DNA of 32,000 nucleotides from Halogeometricum borinquense DSM 11551 (GTDB lineage: Archaea > Halobacteriota > Halobacteria > Halobacteriales > Haloferacaceae), in assembly GCF_000172995.2 (NCBI RefSeq), contig NC_014731.1, positions 120,001 through 152,000 of the forward strand, given 5' to 3'. Of the stretch, positions 18,266 through 24,618 are shown in pieces; the stretch's first letter is position 1; each line of letters opens with the position of its first letter. The notes under the pieces are model-generated. The model was not told the DNA's origin. It made no database searches and saw nothing but the letters and a program-made list of their open reading frames with translations. Made by a program: the position numbers and the translations under genes.

Positions 18266-18806
18266 CTCGTCGTCTATCACCCCACAAGTTAGGACAGAAT
18301 CGGCGAATCTATGCAAGGACAGAAACTTCGAACCTGTCCCGACTGTGGGCATCTAACTGTAGGGATTAGGTATATATAATATTATTATAACTAATAGGTT
18401 CCTGAGTAAAACGGAGTTCATACCATGAGTGTGCGAGCATAGGATGAAGTTCCATATACCAAGTCACCGTGCGACCAGTCCCCCATGGTTCGCAGGCCGA
18501 AACCTGTTGTATCCGAATACACAGGCCGAAAAGCGCCACTCCTCCCACACCTGAAGACGCAAGTATGCGTTCACACTATAAGACGCGGGGATGCGCTCGC
18601 GCTATGTATCACTACGAAGCGGCTCTGACCATTACACAGTACCGGATAAGAGCCGGATCATCCGAGTCGGTAACAGGGTTACGGTTCCCTCAACCAACAC
18701 TCATGTACTTGGCTGTTGTATACAGAGGTGAACGAAAAACAGCCGATTACGGGCAGCTCAAGTCCCGTATCCCCTCGGCAGAGACAACCAAAACTACCAC
18801 TCAACA

Positions 18807-19136
18807 ATGACAGTTTACCGCGCATGTCCGTACTGCGATGAGGTATTTCAGATCGGGTCAGAGGAGGACAACCCACTCGTAGACCATATCCGCGAGTTTC
18901 ATACCGTTACTGAAGACGCTCCGTTGACGTCGTTTTCGCAGGATGAACTCCAGCGGCGACTCCACGAGGCCAGTACCGTCGAGGAGACGAAAGCACTGAT
19001 GCTCGCTATCCTCTACAAACGACATATTCCCGTTCGGACCCTCTCGACACGGTTTGGGATTCCAGAAGAGATGATTCGAGGATGGTTCGACCGTCTCGCG
19101 TCCGGATGGGATTCCAAATCGAAGAATACGCAATAA
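18807..19136 (+). CDS. Small protein with an N-terminal CxxC...HxxxxH zinc-finger-like motif and a possible C-terminal HTH
   Basis: 'CPYCDEVFQIGSEEDNPLVDHIREFH' is a C2H2-like spacing. The later segment 'IPVRTLSTRFGIPEEMIRGWFDRL' looks helix-turn-helix-like. Confidence 0.55.
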   Translation: MTVYRACPYCDEVFQIGSEEDNPLVDHIREFHTVTEDAPLTSFSQDELQRRLHEASTVEETKALMLAILYKRHIPVRTLSTRFGIPEEMIRGWFDRLASGWDSKSKNTQ

Positions 19137-19310
19137 ACGGAGCGTGGTATTGGTTGCAACCATTCTGAGCGTACTGCGGTCGGCTGTCCGTGCGGGCAGC
19201 TACGTGCGCGTTACCAATCTCTAGAAGAGAGATACAATGTCATCAGTTGGTGAAATCGCTGACAAAACCGATATACGTTCGAGCCTGCTAGACAGTATGG
19301 AGCATTCCTG

Positions 19311-20105
19311 ATGTCCACGAACAGACGGCTTGACCCCGACGACGTGGTTGACGCCGTATCGCGTCGCGCGGAGATTATGCAACGTCTGTTAGACGGACCT
19401 CAGTACAACCGAGATATTCGCGAATCAGTCGGAGTATCACGCTCGACCGCGTACAAAGCGATTAGCGAGCTCGAAGAGATGGGACTTGCCCGGAGGGGCA
19501 GTGAGGGGTATGAACTCACAGCGACCGGACGCCTGTTGTTCGAGGAGTATCGTCGGTTCCGAAACCGGGTCGAAGCCGTCTGTCATCCGGCCCAGTTACT
19601 CTCCATTCTACCGGCGGACATCGACATCAACTTCGAAGTTCTCGAAGGTGCTGAAGTGTCCTTCGCGGAGCGATATGCACCAAACCGTCCGGTCACAGAG
19701 ATAGCGGACGTGATCCGCGACGCTGACGTGTTACGGGGAACCGGACCGGTCGTCCTCCCAAGCTACGTCGAACTGTTCCACGATCAGTTCGTCGCTGGCG
19801 AACTCGAAGCCGAGTTGGTTTTCGAACGGGCCGCGTTCGACCATCTCTCTACGGACTACGCTGACGAGTTCTCCGAGGCCGTCGAAAGCGGCGCTCTCGA
19901 AGTCCGAGTGACGGACGAAGAGCTCCCGTTCGGCTTACTGATGATCGAAAAGCCGACTCAGAAAGTCGGTGTCATCGTGTACGACCGCGGGGGAGAACTC
20001 AGAGGATTCATTCTGAACGACTCCGAAAATGCGGTCGAGTGGGGCGAAAAAAAGTGGGAACGGTACCGAGAGGCGGCGGCCCCGCTTACGCCCGGAGATA
20101 ACTAA
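19311..20105 (+). CDS. Winged-HTH transcriptional regulator with a large C-terminal domain (haloarchaeal ArsR/FilR1-like architecture)
   Basis: 'RRAEIMQRLLDGPQYNRDIRESVGVSRSTAYKAISELEEMGLARRGSEGYELTATGRLL' is a wHTH. A ~180-aa acidic C-terminal domain follows, as in many haloarchaeal regulators of this type. Confidence 0.85.
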   Translation: MSTNRRLDPDDVVDAVSRRAEIMQRLLDGPQYNRDIRESVGVSRSTAYKAISELEEMGLARRGSEGYELTATGRLLFEEYRRFRNRVEAVCHPAQLLSILPADIDINFEVLEGAEVSFAERYAPNRPVTEIADVIRDADVLRGTGPVVLPSYVELFHDQFVAGELEAELVFERAAFDHLSTDYADEFSEAVESGALEVRVTDEELPFGLLMIEKPTQKVGVIVYDRGGELRGFILNDSENAVEWGEKKWERYREAAAPLTPGDN

Positions 20106-20330
20106 TTCGCGGCACTGCACGGCATTTCAGACCGTCAATCGATCACGACTCATTCGATAACTCAGCAGTAAGTCAGTAGCGACTACCGACCGGTTCAGCG
20201 GGCAGTAAGGAGCTGATTCATCGGTAGCCAAAGAGTTATTTATACGCTCCGAGTAGTTTAACACGAACGGCTGTCGACTGGCGTTCCAGCGCTCGTGTGA
20301 CGGTCACGAACCAGACACAATCCTATCACG

Positions 20331-21233
20331 ATGACCGACTTTGACGGGCCGATGACATCGGACCTCACCCAAGAGGCGTACGACGTCTACCTCGACCTCG
20401 CCCAAGAGGTCACAGCACACGAAAACGACGTTGTTGAAACAGTTCCAGACTTTTTCGACATCGGTTCCGTACACGAGTGTCTGCAGTTTCCACTGAATCT
20501 GTGGGAATCCGGGCGGAAGCCGATGCGGACGGTTCCTGCGCTTGTCGCATATGAGCCGTTGCTCGACGGCGACGAGGCCGACACAGTGGCACAGATTCTG
20601 GTCGGCCTCGACGTGTTTGTGATGATGCTCGACGAGTTCATCGATACCGCCCGAACGGACAGGCGTTTCCGAACCCAACTCGCGGTCAACGTCGCGTTTT
20701 CGAGTTTGCTGTCGTTCGCCACCATTCCGGAGTCGGCCAAGGAGACGGTCGTCGATGCGCTCACTGCGTACCTCGTCGAAGCCTCCCGAATCCCGGCCGT
20801 CGAACGGGAGGTCGCGCGTGCCCTCACAAACACGACATCGAGCGAGCAGGCGATGGACCTGATCCGATTCGCGTACGGCTTTCGTGCGCGGGACATCGCC
20901 GTGTTCGGTGCCCTACCGGCGCTCGTCTCTGACGTTGACAGAGAAGTGGCCGACCGAATCGAGAGCGACCTCCAGACTTACCGGGCGCACTGTCTCCTCT
21001 ACGACGATATCAGAGACATCGAGCAAGACCGGCGAAACGGGATCGAGACGCCCGTCATGTGGCTGTTAGACCGTCACCGCGACCCCGAGGTAGTTGCGGC
21101 ACGGATTGCGTCGGTCTACCGGTCGTTCGAGTATTCGGATGCGGACTACACGGACGTACTCCGCGAGATGGAACCAACGAGTGATGATCCCATCGACGAA
21201 CTGACATCGGCGATGCCGTCACAGTCCGAGTAA
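20331..21233 (+). CDS. Hypothetical protein, possible class-I isoprenoid (polyprenyl/terpenoid) synthase-like fold
   Basis: 300-aa acidic ORF with two Asp-rich motifs about 124 residues apart. They are 'MMLDEFID' (D-E-x-x-D, aa 101-105) and 'LLYDDIRDIEQDRRNG' (DDxxD, aa 225-229). This resembles the FARM/SARM motifs of trans-prenyl synthases. The function call is inference only. Confidence 0.6.
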   Translation: MTDFDGPMTSDLTQEAYDVYLDLAQEVTAHENDVVETVPDFFDIGSVHECLQFPLNLWESGRKPMRTVPALVAYEPLLDGDEADTVAQILVGLDVFVMMLDEFIDTARTDRRFRTQLAVNVAFSSLLSFATIPESAKETVVDALTAYLVEASRIPAVEREVARALTNTTSSEQAMDLIRFAYGFRARDIAVFGALPALVSDVDREVADRIESDLQTYRAHCLLYDDIRDIEQDRRNGIETPVMWLLDRHRDPEVVAARIASVYRSFEYSDADYTDVLREMEPTSDDPIDELTSAMPSQSE

Positions 21234-21268
21234 ACCATATCCGTCAGCGAACACGGTACGAAACCGCT

Positions 21269-21454
21269 TCACCGACGCATCCACTTGGCACGACAGCGGT
21301 CGCTGCAGAAACTATGAATCACTGTTTCTCCGTCGCGAGTTTGGCTAGCTTTCGTTGGATGCCATTCGGAAACGTCGATGATTGAGCCACAGGCGGCACA
21401 GCGGTCAATCTGCCGTCCCGGGAAGTGCGACGTGAGTTGTTCTCTCATAGCCAT
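21269..21454 (-). CDS. Small FCS/TRASH-type zinc-finger protein (CxxC ... FCSxxC)
   Basis: The ATG at 21454 gives 'MAMREQLTSHFPGRQIDRCAACGSIIDVSEWHPTKASQTRDGETVIHSFCSDRCRAKWMRR'. Its four Cys residues are arranged as in zf-FCS/TRASH metal-binding modules. The longer ORF extending to 21544 looks like a spurious extension. Confidence 0.6.
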   Translation of the reverse strand: MAMREQLTSHFPGRQIDRCAACGSIIDVSEWHPTKASQTRDGETVIHSFCSDRCRAKWMRR

Positions 21455-21672
21455 GGGCCTATCTAGTGATAGGGGCCGAGTGGTGGTCACTTTCCCGGGT
21501 CGGACCTGTGCACACGGAAAGACGCCTGTACAGCCGTAACACATGTTTCGAGACTCGAACCATGGGTATCGATTGAAACACCTGCCAAACGAACCAGCAA
21601 CAAACGTATCATCTGGTCCAATCTGCCGGCAACATCGGGAAGAAGTGATATCCGCGCCGCTATTGCGGGCCG

Positions 21673-21722
21673 GTCTCGTCTCGTCTCGTCTTGTCTTGTC
21701 TCGTCTCGTCTTATCTTGTCTT
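21673..21722. repeat. Pentanucleotide microsatellite (GTCTY)x10
   Basis: Read directly as gtctc gtctc gtctc gtctt gtctt gtctc gtctc gtctt atctt gtctt. The last unit overlaps the TAA stop (21721-21723) of the His-acidic protein gene on the minus strand. Confidence 0.95.
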
Positions 21723-22497
21723 ACCCGATTTCGATGTCGATACCGTCGCCGTCGTGGTCGATTTCGATGTCGTCACCCTCGACATCGATTTCGTCGTCGC
21801 CGTGGTCGAGTTCGACCTCACCGTCGCCTTCGACTTCGAGGTCGTCATCGTCGAATTCGACTTCAGCGTCGCCATCGACCTCTATCTCGTCGTCACCGTG
21901 ATCGACCTCGACTCCATCGTCACCCTCGGCTTCGAAGTCGTCACCATCGTGTTCGACGTGAGCATCGTCTCCTTCGGCTTCGATCTCATCATCGCCGTGA
22001 TCGACCTCAACCCCGTCGTCGCTCCCAACTTCTAATTCATCCTCATCGTGTTCCACGTGAGCGTCGTCACCCGCAGCGTCAATCTCGTCGTCACCGTGGT
22101 CAACGTGGATATCGTCACCCTCGGCTTCGAGGTCGTCCTCATCGTGTTCCACGTGAGCGTCGTCATCGACCTCTATCTCGTCATCGCCGTGGTCGAGTTC
22201 GAGTCCATCGTCTGCCCCGACTTCGATTTCGTCATCATCGTGGTCAACATGGACATCATCACCCTCGGCTTCGACGTGATCATCGCCGAAGTCGAGTTCA
22301 ACTTCCTCATCGTCGTCATCGTCGAAGTCTATATCAACATCATCATCGTCAAAGTCGTCGTCGAACTCATCCTCATCGTCGAAGTGGTCGAAGTCGGTAC
22401 TCTCGGCACTCGCTACCCCGACACCACCGGCTAACGCGACGACGACCAACAGGCTAACTACGACTACCGCTCCAGCTGTGAATGCGTGTCGTCTCAT
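21721..22497 (-). CDS. Secreted His-decorated hyper-acidic strand-turn repeat protein (type C)
   Basis: The signal is 'MRRHAFTAGAVVVVSLLVVVALAGGVGVASA'. The mature part consists only of D, E, G, V, I, L, F, A, H, S and T, with no Lys or Arg. It has about 22 octad-like units, for example 'GVEVDHGDD EIEAEGDD AHVEHDEDD LEAEGDD'. There are about 17 His residues, falling on every second unit. Confidence 0.8.
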   Translation of the reverse strand: MRRHAFTAGAVVVVSLLVVVALAGGVGVASAESTDFDHFDDEDEFDDDFDDDDVDIDFDDDDDEEVELDFGDDHVEAEGDDVHVDHDDDEIEVGADDGLELDHGDDEIEVDDDAHVEHDEDDLEAEGDDIHVDHGDDEIDAAGDDAHVEHDEDELEVGSDDGVEVDHGDDEIEAEGDDAHVEHDGDDFEAEGDDGVEVDHGDDEIEVDGDAEVEFDDDDLEVEGDGEVELDHGDDEIDVEGDDIEIDHDGDGIDIEIG

Positions 22498-23052
22498 GAG
22501 TTTGGTCCGTCAGCCGATACGCTCGACTAACGGGTTATAATAACAGAGCCAGACACGTCGCTTTATCGTGGAAATCATGTGTACCAAACGAACACAGACC
22601 TCGAATACAAACCCATGATTACCTTCTCGAACCATCAAACGCCGTCCAATGGTTCAGACACAATCGAAAATGAGAGATTGACGATAGATGAGTTGCCGAC
22701 GACCGCAACGAGCCACCCGCCAGTGACCAGATCGATAGTGATCTGTCTGTCGGCGGCGGTTGCACGCCACCGACTCGGTCATCGGCCCGACAATGGACCT
22801 GCGTCCGGTGTCGTTCGGCTTCGCGGCTGAGCCCTCACGCTGTTCGGTGCCGTCGCGTCGGACCCGAGTATTGCACTCGATGCGTCTCCAGTGGTCGCAT
22901 CACCAACGCAGGCTGGAGACGGAGCTACTTGGATGGAGGTGTGGCGTGAACTGGAAGGGATCCCGAACGGACGAGACGAAGTAGGTCGTCGCCCGTCCCA
23001 CCGTCACACTCCGTGCTGTCAACACCGAACACGCCGGTGAGTGATTGGCTGT

Positions 23053-24441
23053 CTAGTCGTCCTCGTTATTGTCCTCCTGTTCGACGTCAACGTTCTCACC
23101 ATCGGATTCGACCTCAAGCCCATCCTCGTCTTCGACATCAAGTACCTCGTCCTCCTGCTCGATGTCGTGCTTGTCCGTCTCGAACTCAAGGCCGTTCCGG
23201 TCGTTCTCGAACTCCGTGTCGTCATCGTGATCTTCGACATCGACATCGTCATCGCGCTGCTCGATGTCGTGTTCGTCAGTCTCGAACTCGACATCGTCGC
23301 CACTACCCTCGCTCTCGAAGTCGATTCCGTCCTCGTCGTCTTCGACCTCGAGGTCGTCACCATCCTGCTCGATGTCGTGCTCGTCGGTTTCGAGGTCGGT
23401 CATCTCGTCGTCCGATTCGAGATCGGTGTCGCCGGCTTCGGCGTCCAGCGCGTCGCCGTCCTGCTCGATCTCGCCCCCATCGAATTCGACGTCAACCGCC
23501 TCGTCCGTCGCCTCTAAATCGACCGTCTCAGCGGCGTCTTCGAAGTCGAGGCGGTCACCGTCGTTCTCGAAGTCGAGACCATTTTCGTCTTCGACTTCGG
23601 CGTCGTCGCCCTCTTGCTCGACCTCGGTACCGTCTGCTTCAACGTCAACCTCGTCTTGCTCGCCGATGTTCTCGAAGTGGAAGCCAGCCTTCTCGACTTC
23701 GAGTTCCTTGCCGTCGTGTTCGATTTCGTGCTCGTCGGTCTCGATTTCGACCTCGCCGTGATCGCGTTCGACATCGACGTCATCGTTCTCGAATTCGAGG
23801 TCGTCAGCGTCGTCCTCGAACTTGTTGCCGCCGCGCTCGTATTCGACCTCGTCCGTTTCGACCTCGGCGCTCTCGCCGCGCTGCTCGATGTCGGCGTCCT
23901 CAGTCTCGACGTCTAGCTCGTCGCCACCGTCCTCGGACTCGAAGTCGAGACCGGCCTCGTGGTCTTCGACTTCGGTTCCGTCGTCATCCTGTTCGATGTC
24001 GTGGCCGTCCGATTCGGCCTCAACCTCGTCCTCGTCGCTCTCGAAATCCAGGTCCGCCTCATCGTCCTCCACATCGAGCGAGTCATCGTCCTGCTCGATT
24101 TCCTGCTCGCCGCTGTCGATATCGACCGTGTCATCATCCTCGTTGGACTCGAAGTCGAGATCCTCTTCCTCGTCCTCTACCTCTGCATCATCGCCATCGT
24201 GTTCGATTTCGCCGTCCTCGGTCTCGACCTCAACGTCTCCACTCTCCTCGTTATCTTCGTCGTCTGCGGTATCGACGACTGTCTCGTGGTCGCCGACGAG
24301 GTCGGCACCGGACGGGTTCGATACAGATGCAGTGCTGGTAATGCCCACCGTGCCCGCGGCCGCGGCAGGGAGTGCTACACTAGCAACTAACCCGACCGCG
24401 AGGAACGTAACCAGCGTGAGTGTCTGTATTCGGTCCATCAT
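23053..24441 (-). CDS. Secreted hyper-acidic strand-turn repeat protein, type A copy 2
   Basis: ORF 23053..24525(-). ATGs at 24441 and 24438 give 'MMDRIQTLTLVTFLAVGLVASVALPAAAAG', a Sec-like signal. The central ~115 aa are almost identical to A1 ('RGES.EVETDEVEYERGGNKFEDDA.DLEFENDDVDVERDHGEVEIETDEHEIEHDGK.LEVEKAGFHFEN...'). It ends within the repeats and lacks the C-terminal tail domain. Confidence 0.8.
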   Translation of the reverse strand: MMDRIQTLTLVTFLAVGLVASVALPAAAAGTVGITSTASVSNPSGADLVGDHETVVDTADDEDNEESGDVEVETEDGEIEHDGDDAEVEDEEEDLDFESNEDDDTVDIDSGEQEIEQDDDSLDVEDDEADLDFESDEDEVEAESDGHDIEQDDDGTEVEDHEAGLDFESEDGGDELDVETEDADIEQRGESAEVETDEVEYERGGNKFEDDADDLEFENDDVDVERDHGEVEIETDEHEIEHDGKELEVEKAGFHFENIGEQDEVDVEADGTEVEQEGDDAEVEDENGLDFENDGDRLDFEDAAETVDLEATDEAVDVEFDGGEIEQDGDALDAEAGDTDLESDDEMTDLETDEHDIEQDGDDLEVEDDEDGIDFESEGSGDDVEFETDEHDIEQRDDDVDVEDHDDDTEFENDRNGLEFETDKHDIEQEDEVLDVEDEDGLEVESDGENVDVEQEDNNEDD

Positions 24442-24618
24442 CGTATGTTGAATTATTCGAGCCCTATACCCCTGTAATAAGTGGGAGTTGAACCGGGCGG
24501 CCACGCTCTCGGTACCGAGCGACAAAATGGAGGTGACTTCAGGTTTGCCCCCAGTTGTGGGATCGCACGATACCGAGCGTCCCGAACCGGGCAGCGGGCT
24601 CAGCTCCGGGGCGTCCGA

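Noticed and set aside
22498-23052. ORFs 22579-22830(+) and 22760-22984(+) in the 555-nt spacer between the type C and A2 genes
   Set aside because: Neither has halophile-like composition or a recognisable motif. My manual reading of the minus strand also gave only short ORFs. This is more likely the promoter/5' region of the type C gene.
21543-24341. Long plus-strand Arg/His/Pro-rich ORFs (21543-22457, 304 aa; 23013-24341, 442 aa) and similar ones at 16258-16572 and 25809-26006
   Set aside because: They are frame-shifted shadows of the GAC/GAA/GTC-rich repeat genes on the minus strand, with CGA/CGT codons arising from ..GACGAC.. read out of phase. Poly-Arg composition is implausible for a haloarchaeon. 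They have no signal peptide or domain, whereas the minus-strand frames are uninterrupted and begin with signal peptides.
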